In this document: positions 38,601 to 51,890 of the stretch, piece by piece | Position numbering within the stretch: position 1 is the stretch's first letter | Layout of the letters: each line of letters begins with the position of its first letter | NCBI GenBank assembly: GCA_964016885.1 | Contig: OZ024743.1 | Coordinates: 139,438,001 to 139,502,000 of the forward strand | Origin: Eledone cirrhosa | Lineage: Eukaryota | Reading direction: 5' to 3' | Length of the DNA stretch: 64,000 nt | Made by a program: the position numbers and the translations under genes | The notes under the pieces: model-generated | Seen by the model: only the letters and a program-made list of their open reading frames with translations | Told to the model about the DNA's origin: nothing | Database searches by the model: none

Positions 38601-40890
38601 TGGTGTTTGGTGCTTGGTGCTTGGTGTTTGTTGCTTGGTACTTGGTGCATGGTGTTTGGTGCTGGGTGCTTGGTGTTTGGTGCTTGGTGTTTGGTGCTTG
38701 GTGCTTGGTGTTTGGTGTTTGGTGTTTGATGCTTGGTATTTTATGCTTGGTGCTTGGTGTTTGGTGCTTGGTGTTTGTACTTGGTGCTTGGTGCTTGGTG
38801 TTTTGTGCTTGGTTCTTGGTGTTTGGTGTTTGGTGCTTTGTACTTGGTGCTTGGTGTTAGGTGTTTGGTGCTTGGTGCTTGGTGTTTGGTGTTTGGTCCT
38901 TGGTGCTTGGTGCTTGGTGCTTGGTGCTTGGTGTTTGGTGTTTGGTGTTTGGTGCTTGGTGCTTGGGGCTTGGTGTTTGGTGCTTGGTGCTTGGTGCTTG
39001 GTGCTTGGTGCTTGGTGCTTGGTGTTTGGTGTTTGGTGTTTGGTGCTTGGTGCTTGGTGTTTGGTGCTTGGTGCTTGGTGCTGGGTGGTTGGTATTTGGT
39101 GATTGGTGCTTGGTGCTTGGTGTTTGGTGCTTGGTGCTTGGTGCTTGGTCTTTGGTGCTTGTTGTTTGGTGTTTGGTGCTTGGTGCTTTGTGTTTGGTGC
39201 TTGGTGATTAGTGTTTGGTGCTTGGTACTTGGTGTTTGGTGCTTGGTGTTTGGTGTTTGCTGTTTGGTGTTTGGTGTTTGGTGTTTGCTGTTTGGTGTCT
39301 GCTTTTTGGTGTTTGGTGTTTGCTGTATGGTGTTTGCTGTTTCGTGTTTGGTGTTTGCTATTTGGTGTTTGGTGTTTGCTGTTTGGTGTTTGGTCTTTGG
39401 TGCTTGGTGTTTGGTGCTTGGTGCTTGGTGTTTGGTGTTTGGTGCTTGGTGCTTGGTGCTTGGTGTTTGGTGCTTGGTGTCTGGTGCTTGGTGTCTGGTG
39501 CTTGGTGTTTGGTGTTTGGTGTTTGGTGCTTGGTGTTTGGTGTTTGGTGTTTGGTGTTTGGTGCTTGTTGCTTGGTGCTTGGTGCTTGGTGTTTGGTGCT
39601 TGGTGCTTGGTGTTTGGTGCTGGGTGCTTGGTGTTTGGTGCTTGGTGCTTGGTGCTTGGTGTTTGGTGTTTGGTGTTTGGTGTTATATGCTTGGTGTTTG
39701 ATGCTTGGTGCTTGGTGCTTGGTGTTTGGTGTTTGGTCCTTGGTGTTTTATGCTTGGTGTTTGATGTTTGGTGCTTGGTGCTTGGTGTTTGGTGCTTGGT
39801 GCTTGGTGTTTGTACTTGGTGCTTGGTGCTTGGTTCTTGGTGTTTGGTGCTTGGTGCTTGGTGCTTGGTGCTTGGTGTTTGGTGCTTGGTGTTTGGTGCT
39901 TGGTGTTTGGTGCTTGGTGCCTGGTGCTTGGTGCTTGGTGCTTGGTGTTTGGTGCTTGGTGTTTGCTGCTTGGTATTAGGTGTTTGGTGCTTGGTGCTTG
40001 GTGTTTGGTGTTTGGTGCTTGGTGTTTGGTGCTTGGTGTTTGGTGTTTGCTGCTTGGTGTTTGGTGCTTGGTACTTGGTGCTTGGTGCTTGGTGTTAGGT
40101 GTTTGGTGCTTGGTGCTTGGTGTTTGGTTTTTGGTGCTTGGTGCTTGGTGTTTGGTGTTTGGTGCTTGCTGCTGGCTGCTTGGTGTTTGGTGCTTGGTGA
40201 TTGGTGCTTGGTGTTTGGTGCTTGGTGTTTGGTGTTTGGTACTAGGTGCTTGGTCCTTGGTGTTTGGTGCTTGGTGCTTGGTGTTTGGTGCTTGGTGCTG
40301 GGTTCTGGGTGGTTGGTGTTTGGTGCTTGGTGTTTGGTGCTGGGTGCTTGGTGTTTGGTGCTTGGTGCTTGGTCTTTGGTGTTTGGTGTTTGGTGTTTGG
40401 GGCTTGGTGCTTGGTGCTTGGTGTTTGGTGCTTGGTGCTTGGTGTTTGGTGCTTGGTGCTTAGTGTTTGGTGCTAGGTGCTTGGGGTTTGGTGTTTGGTG
40501 CTTGGTGCTTGGTGTTTGGTGCTTGGTGCTTGGTGTTTGGTGTTTGGTGCTTGGTGCTTGGTGTTTGGTGTTTCCTGTTTGCTGTTTGGTGTTTGGTGTT
40601 TGGTGTTTGCTGTTTGGTGTCTGCTTTTTGGTGTTTGGTGTTTGCTGTATGTTATTTGCTGTTTGGTGTTTGGTGTTTGGTGTTTGGTGCTTGGTGCTTG
40701 GTGTTTGGTGCTTGGTGCTTGGTGTTTGGTGCCTGGTGCTTGGGGCTTGGTGTTTGGTGTTTGGTGCTTGGTGCTTGGAGTTTGGTGTTTGGTGCTTGGT
40801 GCTTGGTGTTTTGTGTTTGGTGTTTGGTTTTTGGTGCTTGGTGCTTGGTGCTTGGTGCTTGGTCCTTGGTGTTTGGTGCTTGGTGCTTGG
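29690..40890 (+). repeat. Tandem triplication of a ~3.85 kb higher-order unit; the middle copy lacks 371 bp (53 monomers)
   Basis: ORFs 31412/34887/38733 and 31890/35365/39211 (offsets 3475 and 3846), and 30441/34287/37762 (3846 and 3475). Shared variants TTGCTATTTGG, GGTATTTTATGC and GCTTTGTAC. Confidence 0.9.
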
Positions 40891-43299
40891 TGTTTGTACT
40901 TGGTGCTTGGTGCTTGGTGTTTGGTTCTTGGTTCTTGGTGTTTGGTACTTGGTGCTTGGTGCTTGGTGTTTGGTGCTTGGTGCTTGGTGTTTGGTGTTTG
41001 GTGTTTGGTGCTTGGTGCTTGGTGTTTGGTGCTTGGTGCTTGGTGCTGGGTGGTTGGTATTTGGTGCTTGGTGCTTGGTGTTTGGTGCTTGGTGCTTGGT
41101 GCTTGGTGTTTGGTGCTTGGTGCTTGGTGCTTGGTCTTTGGTGCTTGGTGTTTGGTGTTTGGTGCTTGGTGCTTTGTGTTTGGTGCTTGGTGATTAGTGT
41201 TTGGTGCTTGGTGCTTGGGGTTTGGTGTTTGGTGCTTGGTACTTGGTGTTTGGTGCTTGGTGTTTGGTGTTTGCTGTTTGGTGTTTGGTGTTTGGTGTTT
41301 GCCGTTTGGTGTCTGCTTTTTGGTGTTTGGTGTTTGCTGTATGATGTTTGCTGTTTCGTGTTTGGTGTTTGCTGTTTGGTGTTTGGTGTTTGCTGTTTGG
41401 TGTTTGGTCTTTGGTGCTTGGTGTTTGGTGCTTGGTGCTGGGTGTTTGGTGTTTGGTGCTTGGTGTTTGGTGTTTGGTGCTTGGTGCTTGGTGCTTGGTG
41501 TTTGCTGTTTGGTGTTTGGTGCTTGGTGTCTGGTGCTTGGTGTTTGGTGTTTGGTGTTTGGTGCTTGGTGTTTGGTGTTTGGTGTTTGGTGCTTGTTGCT
41601 TGGTGCTTGGTGCTTGGTGTTTGGTGCTTGGTGCTTGGTGTTTGGTGCTGGGTGCTTGGTGTTTGGTGCTTGGTGCTTGGTGCTTGGTGTTTGGTGTTTG
41701 GTGCTTGGTGCTTGGTGTTTGGTGTTTGGTGTTATATGCTTGGTGTTTGATGCTTGGTGCTTGGTGCTTGGTGTTTGGTGTTTGGTGCTTGGTGTTTTAT
41801 GCTTGGTGTTTGATGTTTGGTGCTTGGTGCTTGGTGTTTGGTGCTTGGTGCTTGGTGTTTATACTTGGTGCTTGGTGCTTGGTTCTTGGTGTTTGGTGCT
41901 TGGTGCTTGGTGCTTGGTGCTTGGTGTTTGGTGCTTGGTGTTTGGTGCTTGGTGCCTGGTGCTTGGTGCTTGGTGCTTGGTGTTTGGTGCTTGGTGTTTG
42001 GTGCTTGGTATTAGGTATTTGGTGCTTGGTGCTTGGTGTTTGGTGTTTGGTGCTTGGTGTTTGGTGCTTGGTGCTTGGTGTTTGGTGTTTGGTGCTTGGT
42101 GTTTGGTGCTTGGTACTTGGTGCTTGGTGCTTGGTGTTAGGTGTTTGGTGCTTGGTGCTTGGTGTTTGGTTTTTGGTGCTTGGTGCTTGGTGTTTGGTGT
42201 TTGGTGCTTGCTGCTGGCTGCTTGGTGTTTGGTGCTTGGTGATTGGTGCTTGGTGTTTGGTGCTTGGTGTTTGGTGTTTGCTGTTTGGTGTTTGGTGTTT
42301 GGTGTTTGCTGTTTCGTGTCTGCTTTTTGGTGTTTGGTGTTTGCTGTTTGTTATTTGCTGTTTGGTGTTTGGTGTTTGGTGTTTGGTGCTTGGTGCTTGG
42401 TGTTTGGTGCTTGGTGCTTGGTGTTTGGTGCCTGGTGCTTGGTGCTTGGTGTTTGGTGTTTGGTGCTTGGAGTTTGGTGTTTGGTGCTTGGTGCTTGGTG
42501 TTTTGTGTTTGGTGTTTGGTTTTTGGTGCTTGGTGCTTGGTGCTTGGTGCTTGGTCCTTGGTGTTTGGTACTTGGTGCTTGGTGTTTGTACTTGGTGCTT
42601 GGTGCTTGGTGTTTGGTGTTTGGTGCTTGGTGTTTGGTGCCTGGTGCTTGGTGCTTGGTGTTTGGTGCTTGGTGTTTGGTGTTTGCTGTTTTGTGTATGG
42701 TGTTTGGTGTTTGGTGTTTGCTGTTTGGTGTCTTCTTTTTGGTGTTTGGTGTTTGCTGTATGGTGTTTGCTGTTTCGTGTTTGGTGTTTGCTGTTTGGTG
42801 TTTGGTGTTTGCTGTTTGGTGTTTGGTCTTTGGTGCTTGGTGTTTGGTGCTTGGTGCTTGGTGTTTGGTGTTTGGTGCTTGGTGCTTCGTGCTTCGTGTT
42901 TGGTGTTTGGTGCTTGGTGTCTGGAGCTTGGTGTTTGGTGTTTGGTGCTTGGTGTTTGGTGTTTGGTGCTTGGTGCTTGGTGTTTGGTGCTTGGTGCTTG
43001 GTGTTTGTACTTGGTGCTTGGTGCTTGGTGCTTGGTGCTTGGTTCTTGGTGTTTGGTGCTTGGTGTTTGGTGCTTGGTGTTTGGTGCTTGGTGCTTGGTG
43101 TTTGGTGTTTTGTGTTTGGTGCTTGGTGCTTGGTGTTTGGTGCTTGGTGCTTGGTGCTGGGTGGTTGGTATTTGGTGCTTGGTGTTTTATGCTTGGTGTT
43201 TGATGTTTGGTGCTTGGTGCTTGGTGTTTGGTGCTTGGTGCTTGGTGTTTATACTTGGTGCTTGGTGCTTGGTTCTTGGTGTTTGGTGCTTGGTGCTTG

Positions 43300-43725
43300 G
43301 TGCTTGGTGCTTGGTGTTTGGTGCTTGGTGTTTGGTGCTTGGTGCCTGGTGCTTGGTGCTTGGTGCTTGGTATTAGGTATTTGGTGCTTGGTGCTTGGTG
43401 TTTGGTGTTTGGTGCTTGGTGTTTGGTGTTTGGTGCTTGGTGTTTGGTGCTTGGTATTAGGTATTTGGTGCTTGGTGCTTGGTGTTTGGTGTTTGGTGCT
43501 TGGTGTTTGGTGCTTGGTGCTTGGTGTTTGGTGCTTGGTGTTTGGTGCTTGGTGCCTGGTGCTTGGTGCTTGGTGCTTGGTATTAGGTATTTGGTGCTTG
43601 GTGCTTGGTGTTTGGTGTTTGGTGCTTGGTGTTTGGTGTTTGGTGCTTGGTGTTTGGTGCTTGGTATTAGGTATTTGGTGCTTGGTGCTTGGTGTTTGGT
43701 GTTTGGTGCTTGGTGTTTGGTGCTT
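43300..43725 (+). repeat. Nested short duplication: an 84-bp repeat inside a 210-bp tandem repeat
   Basis: TATTAGGTAT starts at 43371, 43455, 43581 and 43665 (spacings 84, 126, 84). Confidence 0.9.
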
Positions 43726-44589
43726 GGTGATTGGTGCTTGGTGTTTGGTGCTTGGTGTTTGGTGTTTGGTACTAGGTGCTTGGTGCTTGGTGTTTGGTGC
43801 TTGGTGCTTGGTGTTTGGTGTTTGGTGCTTGGTGTTTGGTGCTTGGTGCTGGGTTCTGGGTGGTTGGTCTTTGGTGCTTGGTGTTTGGTGCTGGGTGCTT
43901 GGTGTTTGGTGCTTGGTGCTTGGTCTTTGGTGTTTGGTGTTTGGTGTTTGGTGCTTGGTGCTTGGTGCTTGGTGTTTGGTGCTTGGTGCTTGGTGTTTGG
44001 TGCTTGGTGCTTAGTGTTTGGTGCTAGGTGCTTGGGGTTTGGTGTTTGGTGCTTGGTGCTTGGTGTTTGGTGCTTGGTGCTTGGTGTTTGGTGTTTGGTG
44101 ATTGGTGCTTGGTGTTTGGTGTTTGCTGTTTGCTGTTTGGTGTTTGTTGTTTGGTGTTTGTTGTTTGGTGTTTGCTGTTTGGTGTTTGGTGTTTGGTGTT
44201 TGCTGTTTGGTGTCTGCTTTTTGGTGTTTGGTGTTTGCTGTATGTTATTTGCTGTTTGGTGTTTGGTGTTTGGTGTTTGGTGCTCGGTGCTTGGTGTTTG
44301 GTGCTTGGTGCTTGGTGTTTGGTGCCTGGTGCTTGGTGCTTGGTGTTTGGTGTTTGTTGCTTGGAGTTTGGTGTTTGGTGCTTGTTGTTTTGTGTTTGGT
44401 GTTAGGTTTTTGGTGCTTGGTGCTTGGTGCTTGGTGCTTGGTCCTTGGTGTTTGGTGCTTGGTGCTTGGTGTTTGTACTTGGTGCTTGGTGCTTGGTGTT
44501 TGGTTCTTGGTTCTTGGTGTTTGGTACTTGGTGCTTGGTGCTTGGTGCTTGGTGTTTGGTGTTTGGTGCTTGGTGCTTGGTGTTTGGTG

Positions 44590-47500
44590 CTTGGTGTTTG
44601 GTGTTTGCTGTTTGGTGTTTGGTGTTTGGTGTTTGGTGTTTGCTGTTTGGTGTCTGCTTTTTGGTGTTTGGTGTTTGCTGTATGGTGTTTGCTGTTTCGT
44701 GTTTGGTGTTTGCTGTTTGGTGTTTGGTGTTTGCTGTTTGGTGTTTGGTCTTTGGTGCTTGGTGTTTGGTGCTTGGTGCTTGGTGTTTGGTGTTTGGTGC
44801 TTGGTGCTTGGTGCTTCGTGTTTGGTGTTTGGTGCTTGGTGTCTGGAGCTTGGTGTTTGGTGTTTGGTGCTTGGTGTTTGGTGTTTTGTGCTTGGTGCTT
44901 GGTGTTTGGTGCTTGGTGCTTGGTGTTTGTACTTGGTGCTTGGTGCTTGGTGTTTGGTGCTTGGTTCTTGGTGTTTGGTGCTTGGTGTTTGGTGCTTGGT
45001 GCTTGGTGTTTGGTGCTTGGTGCTTGGTGCTTGGTGCTTGGTGTTAGGTGTTTGGTGCTTGGTGCTTGGTGTTTGGTGTTTGGTTCTTGGTGCTTGGTAT
45101 TTGGTGCTTGGTGCTTGCTGCTTGGTGTTTGGTGCTTGGTGATTGATGCTTAGTGTTTGGTGCTTGGTGCTTGGTGTTTGGTTTTTGGTGCTAGGTGCTT
45201 GGTGCTTGGTGTTTGGTGCTTGGTGTTTGGTGTTTGGTGCTTGGTGCTTGGTGTTTGGTACTTGGTGCTTGGTGCTTGGTGTTTGGTGTTTGGTGCTTGG
45301 TGTTTGGTGTTTGGTGTTTGGTGCTTGGTGCTTGGTGTTTGGTGCTTGGTGCTTGGTGCTGGGTGGTTGGTGTTTGGTGCTTGGTGCTTCGTGTTTGGTG
45401 CTAGGTGCATGGTGCTTGGTGTTTGGTGCTTGGTGCTTGGTGCTTGGTCTTTGGTGTTTGGTGTTTAGTGCTTGGTGCTTGGTGCTTGGTGTTTGGTGCT
45501 TGGTCCTTGGTGTTTGGTGCTTGGTGCTTGGTGTTTGGTGTTTGGTGCTTGGTGCTTGGTGCTTCGTGTTTGGTGTTTGGTGCTTGGTGTCTGGAGCTTG
45601 GTGTTTGGTGTTTGGTGCTTGGTGTTTGGTGTTTGGTGCTTGGTGCTTGGTGTTTGGTGCTTGGTGCTTGGTGTTTGTACTTGGTGCTTGGTGCTTGGTG
45701 TTTGGTGCTTGGTTCTTGGTGTTTGGTGCTTGGTGTTTGGAGCTTGGTGCTTGGTGTTTGGTGCTTGGTGCTTGGTGTTTGTACTTGGTGCTTGGTGCTT
45801 GCTGTTTGGTGCTTGGTTCTTGGTGTTTGGTGCTTGGTGTTTGGAGCTTGGTGCTTGGTGTTTGGTGCTTGGTGCTTGGTGTTTGGTGTTTGGTGCCTGG
45901 TGCTTGGTGTTTGGTGTTTGGTGCTTGGTGTTTGGTGTTTGGTGCTTGGTGCTTGGTGTTTGTTGCTTGGTACTTGGTGCATGGTGTTTGGTGCTGGGTG
46001 CTTGGTGTTTGGTGCTTGGTTTTTGGTGCTTGGTGCTTGGTGTTTGGTGTTTGGTGTTTGATGCTTGGTGTTTTATGCTTGGTGCTTGGTGTTTGGTGCT
46101 TGGTGTTTGTACTTGGTGCTTGGTGCTTGGTGTTTTGTGCTTGGTTCTTGGGGTTTGGTGTTTGGTGCTTGGTACTTGGTGCTTGGTGTTAGGTGTTTGG
46201 TGCTTGGTGCTTGGTGTTTGGTGTTTGGTCCTTGGTGCTTGGTGCTTGGTGTTTAGTGCTTGGTGCTTGGTGTTTGTTGTTTGGTGCTTTCTGTTTACTG
46301 CTTGGTGTTTGCTGCTTGGTGCTTGGTGCTTGGTGCTTGGTGTTTGGTGTTTGGTGCTAGGTGCTTGGTGTTTGGTGTTTGGTGTTTGATGCTTGGTGTT
46401 TGGTGCTTGGTGTTTGGTGCTTGGTGCTTGGGGCTTGGTGTTTGGTGCTTGGTGCTTGGTGCTGGGTGGTTGGTATTTGGTGCTTGGTGCTTGGTGTTTG
46501 GTGCTTGGTGCTTGGTGCTTGGTGTTTGGTGCTTGGTGCTTGGTGCTTGGTCTTTGGTGCTTGGTGTTTGGTGTTTGGTGCTTGGTGCTTTGTGTTTGGT
46601 GCTTGGTGATTAGTGTTTGGTGCTTGGTACTTGGTGTTTGGTGCTTGGTGTTTGGTGTTTGCTGTTTGGTGTTTGGTGTTTGGTGTTTGCTGTTTGGTGT
46701 CTGCTTTTTGGTGTTTGGTGTTTGCTGTATGGTGTTTGCTGTTTCGTGTTCGGTGTTTGCTGTTTGGTGTTTGGTGTTTGCTGTTTGGTGTTTGGTCTTT
46801 GGTGCTTGGTGTTTGGTGCTTGGTGCTTGGTGTTTGGTGTTTGGTGCTTGGTGTTTGGTGTTTGGTGCTTGGTGCTTGGTGCTTGGTGTTTGGTGCTTGG
46901 TGTCTGGTGCTTGGTGTCTGGTGCTTGGTGTTTGGTGTTTGGTGTTTGGTGCTTGGTGTTTGGTGTTTGGTGTTTGGTGTTTGGTGCTTGTTGCTTGGTG
47001 CTTGGTGCTTGGTGTTTGGTGCTTGGTGCTTGGTGTTTGGTGCTGGGTGCTTGGTGTTTGGTGCTTGGTGCTTGGTGTTTGGTGTTTGGTGCTTGGTGCT
47101 TGGTGTTTGGTGTTTGGTGTTATATGCTTGGTGTTTGGTGCTTGGTGCTTGGTGTTTGGTGTTTGGTTCTTGATGCTTGGTATTTGGTTCTTGGTGCTTG
47201 CTGCTTGGTGTTTGGTGCTTGGTGATTGATGCTTGGTGTTTGGTGCTTGGTGCTTGGTGTTTGGTTTTTGGTGCTAGGTGCTTGGTGCTTGGTGTTTGGT
47301 GCTTGGTGTTTGGTGTTTGGTGCTTGGTGCTTGGTGCTTGGTGTTTGGTACTTGGTGCTTGGTGCTTGGTGTTTGGTGCTTGGTGCTTGGTGTTTGGTGT
47401 TTGGTGTTTGGTGCTTGGTGCTTGGTGTTTGGTGCTTGGTGCTTGGTGCTGGGTGGTTGGTGTTTGGTGCTTGGTGCTTGGTGTTTCGTGCTAGGTGCAT

Positions 47501-50500
47501 GGTGCTTGGTGTTTGGTGCTTGGTGCTTGGTGCTTGGTCTTTGGTGTTTGGTGTTTAGTGCTTGGTGCTTGGTGCTTGGTGCTTGGTGCTTGGTCCTTGG
47601 TGTTTGGTGCTTGGTGCTTGGTGTTTGGTGTTTGGTGCTTGGTGCTTGGTGCTTCGTGTTTGGTGTTTGGTGCTTGGTGTCTGGAGCTTGGTGTTTGGTG
47701 TTTGGTGCTTGGTGTTTGGTGTTTGGTGCTTGGTGCTTGGTGTTTGGTGCTTGGTGCTTGGTGTTTGTACTTGGTGCTTGGTGCTTGGTGTTGTGTGCTT
47801 GGTTCTTGGTGTTTGGTGCTTGGTGTTTGGAGCTTGGTGCTTGGTGTTTGGTGCTTGGTGCTTGGTGTTTGTACTTGGTGCTTGGTGCTTGGTGTTTCGT
47901 GCTTGGTTCTTGGTGTTTGGTGCTTGGTGTTTGGAGCTTGGTGCTTGGTGTTTGGTGCTTGGTGCTTGGTGTTTGGTGTTTGGTGCTTGGTGCTTCGTGT
48001 TTGGTGTTTGGTGCTTAGTGTTTGGTGTTTGGTGCTTGGTGCTTGGTGTTTGTTGCTTGGTACTTGGTGCATGGTGTTTGGTGCTGGGTGCTTGGTGTTT
48101 GGTGCTTGGTGTTTGGTGCTTGGTGCTTGGTGTTTGGTGTTTGGTGTTTGATGCTTGGTGTTTTATGCTTGGTGCTTGGTGCTTGGTGCTTGGTGTTTAG
48201 TGCTTGGTGCTTGGTGTTTGTTGTTTGGTGCTTTCTGTTTGCTGCTTGGTGTTTGCTGCTTGGTGCTTGGTGCTTGGTGTTTGGTGTTTGGTGCTAGGTG
48301 CTTGGTGTTTGGTGTTTGCTGTTTGGTGTTTGGTGTTTGGTGTTTGGTGTTTGCTGTTTGGTGTCTGCTTTTTGGTGTTTGGTGTTTGCTGTATGGTGTT
48401 TGCTGTTTCGTGTTTGGTGTTTGCTGTTTGGTGTTTGGTGTTTGCTGTTTGGTGTTTGGTCTTTGGTGCTTGGTGTTTGGTGCTTGGTGCTTGGTGTTTG
48501 GTGTTTGGTGCTTGGTGCTTGGTGCTTCGTGTTTGGTGTTTGGTGCTTGGTGTCTGGAGCTTGGTGTTTGGTGTTTGGTGCTTGGTGTTTGGTGTTTTGT
48601 GCTTGGTGCTTGGTGTTTGGTGCTTGGTGCTTGGTGTTTGTACTTGGTGCTTGGTGCTTGGTGTTTGGTGCTTGGTTCTTGGTGTTTGGTGCTTGGTGTT
48701 TGGTGCTTGGTGCTTGGTGTTTGGTGCTTGGTGCTTGGTGCTTGGTGCTTGGTGTTAGGTGTTTGGTGCTTGGTGCTTGGTGTTTGGTGTTTGGTTCTTG
48801 GTGCTTGGTATTTGGTGCTTGGTGCTTGCTGCTTGGTGTTTGGTGCTTGGTGATTGATGCTTAGTGTTTGGTGCTTGGTGCTTGGTGTTTGGTTTTTGGT
48901 GCTAGGTGCTTGGTGCTTGGTGTTTGGTGCTTGGTGTTTGGTGTTTGGTGCTTGGTGCTTGGTGTTTGGTACTTGGTGCTTGGTGCTTGGTGTTTGGTGC
49001 TTGGTGCTTGGTGTTTGGTGTTTGGTGTTTGGTGCTTGGTGCTTGGTGTTTGGTGCTTGGTGCTTGGTGCTGGGTGGTTGGTGTTTGGTGCTTGGTGCTT
49101 CGTGTTTGGTGCTAGGTGCATGGTGCTTGGTGTTTGGTGCTTGGTGCTTGGTGCTTGGTCTTTGGTGTTTGGTGTTTAGTGCTTGGTGCTTGGTGCTTGG
49201 TGTTTGGTGCTTGGTCCTTGGTGTTTGGTGCTTGGTGCTTGGTGTTTGGTGTTTGGTGCTTGGTGCTTGGTGCTTCGTGTTTGGTGTTTGGTGCTTGGTG
49301 TCTGGAGCTTGGTGTTTGGTGTTTGGTGCTTGGTGTTTGGTGTTTGGTGCTTGGTGCTTGGTGTTTGGTGCTTGGTGCTTGGTGTTTGTACTTGGTGCTT
49401 GGTGCTTGGTGTTTGGTGCTTGGTTCTTGGTGTTTGGTGTTTGGTGCTTGGTGTTTGGAGCTTGGTGCTTGGTGTTTGGTGCTTGGTGCTTGGTGTTTGT
49501 ACTTGGTGCTTGGTGCTTGCTGTTTGGTGCTTGGTTCTTGGTGTTTGGTGCTTGGTGTTTGGAGCTTGGTGCTTGGTGTTTGGTGCTTGGTGCTTGGTGT
49601 TTGGTGTTTGGTGCCTGGTGCTTGGTGTTTGGTGTTTGGTGCTTGGTGTTTGGTGTTTGGTGCTTGGTGCTTGGTGTTTGTTGCTTGGTACTTGGTGCAT
49701 GGTGTTTGGTGCTGGGTGCTTGGTGTTTGGTGCTTGGTTTTTGGTGCTTGGTGCTTGGTGTTTGGTGTTTGGTGTTTGATGCTTGGTGTTTTATGCTTGG
49801 TGCTTGGTGTTTGGTGCTTGGTGTTTGTACTTGGTGCTTGGTGCTTGGTGTTTTGTGCTTGGTTCTTGGGGTTTGGTGTTTGGTGCTTGGTACTTGGTGC
49901 TTGGTGTTAGGTGTTTGGTGCTTGGTGCTTGGTGTTTGGTGTTTGGTCCTTGGTGCTTGGTGCTTGGTGTTTAGTGCTTGGTGCTTGGTGTTTGTTGTTT
50001 GGTGCTTTCTGTTTACTGCTTGGTGTTTGCTGCTTGGTGCTTGGTGCTTGGTGCTTGGTGTTTGGTGTTTGGTGCTAGGTGCTTGGTGTTTGGTGTTTGG
50101 TGTTTGATGCTTGGTGTTTGGTGCTTGGTGTTTGGTGCTTGGTGCTTGGGGCTTGGTGTTTGGTGCTTGGTGCTTGGTGCTGGGTGGTTGGTATTTGGTG
50201 CTTGGTGCTTGGTGTTTGGTGCTTGGTGCTTGGTGCTTGGTGTTTGGTGCTTGGTGCTTGGTGCTTGGTCTTTGGTGCTTGGTGTTTGGTGTTTGGTGCT
50301 TGGTGCTTTGTGTTTGGTGCTTGGTGATTAGTGTTTGGTGCTTGGTACTTGGTGTTTGGTGCTTGGTGTTTGGTGTTTGCTGTTTGGTGTTTGGTGTTTG
50401 GTGTTTGCTGTTTGGTGTCTGCTTTTTGGTGTTTGGTGTTTGCTGTATGGTGTTTGCTGTTTCGTGTTCGGTGTTTGCTGTTTGGTGTTTGGTGTTTGCT

Positions 50501-51890
50501 GTTTGGTGTTTGGTCTTTGGTGCTTGGTGTTTGGTGCTTGGTGCTTGGTGTTTGGTGTTTGGTGCTTGGTGTTTGGTGTTTGGTGCTTGGTGCTTGGTGC
50601 TTGGTGTTTGGTGCTTGGTGTCTGGTGCTTGGTGTCTGGTGCTTGGTGTTTGGTGTTTGGTGTTTGGTGCTTGGTGTTTGGTGTTTGGTGTTTGGTGTTT
50701 GGTGCTTGTTGCTTGGTGCTTGGTGCTTGGTGTTTGGTGCTTGGTGCTTGGTGTTTGGTGCTGGGTGCTTGGTGTTTGGTGCTTGGTGCTTGGTGTTTGG
50801 TGTTTGGTGCTTGGTGCTTGGTGTTTGGTGTTTGGTGTTATATGCTTGGTGTTTGGTGCTTGGTGCTTGGTGTTTGGTGTTTGGTTCTTGATGCTTGGTA
50901 TTTGGTTCTTGGTGCTTGCTGCTTGGTGTTTGGTGCTTGGTGATTGATGCTTGGTGTTTGGTGCTTGGTGCTTGGTGTTTGGTTTTTGGTGCTAGGTGCT
51001 TGGTGCTTGGTGTTTGGTGCTTGGTGTTTGGTGTTTGGTGCTTGGTGCTTGGTGCTTGGTGTTTGGTACTTGGTGCTTGGTGCTTGGTGTTTGGTGCTTG
51101 GTGCTTGGTGTTTGGTGTTTGGTGTTTGGTGCTTGGTGCTTGGTGTTTGGTGCTTGGTGCTTGGTGCTGGGTGGTTGGTGTTTGGTGCTTGGTGCTTGGT
51201 GTTTCGTGCTAGGTGCATGGTGCTTGGTGTTTGGTGCTTGGTGCTTGGTGCTTGGTCTTTGGTGTTTGGTGTTTAGTGCTTGGTGCTTGGTGCTTGGTGC
51301 TTGGTGCTTGGTCCTTGGTGTTTGGTGCTTGGTGCTTGGTGTTTGGTGTTTGGTGCTTGGTGCTTGGTGCTTCGTGTTTGGTGTTTGGTGCTTGGTGTCT
51401 GGAGCTTGGTGTTTGGTGTTTGGTGCTTGGTGTTTGGTGTTTGGTGCTTGGTGCTTGGTGTTTGGTGCTTGGTGCTTGGTGTTTGTACTTGGTGCTTGGT
51501 GCTTGGTGTTGTGTGCTTGGTTCTTGGTGTTTGGTGCTTGGTGTTTGGAGCTTGGTGCTTGGTGTTTGGTGCTTGGTGCTTGGTGTTTGTACTTGGTGCT
51601 TGGTGCTTGGTGTTTCGTGCTTGGTTCTTGGTGTTTGGTGCTTGGTGTTTGGAGCTTGGTGCTTGGTGTTTGGTGCTTGGTGCTTGGTGTTTGGTGTTTG
51701 GTGCTTGGTGCTTCGTGTTTGGTGTTTGGTGCTTAGTGTTTGGTGTTTGGTGCTTGGTGCTTGGTGTTTGTTGCTTGGTACTTGGTGCATGGTGTTTGGT
51801 GCTGGGTGCTTGGTGTTTGGTGCTTGGTGTTTGGTGCTTGGTGCTTGGTGTTTGGTGTTTGGTGTTTGATGCTTGGTGTTTTATGCTTGG
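44590..51890 (+). repeat. Tandem duplication of a ~3.71 kb unit (2 copies)
   Basis: ORFs 45143/48854 (3711), 46613/50331 and 47495/51213 (3718). Shared variants GATGCTTAGTG, TCGTGTTCGG and GGTGTTGTGTGC. Confidence 0.9.
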
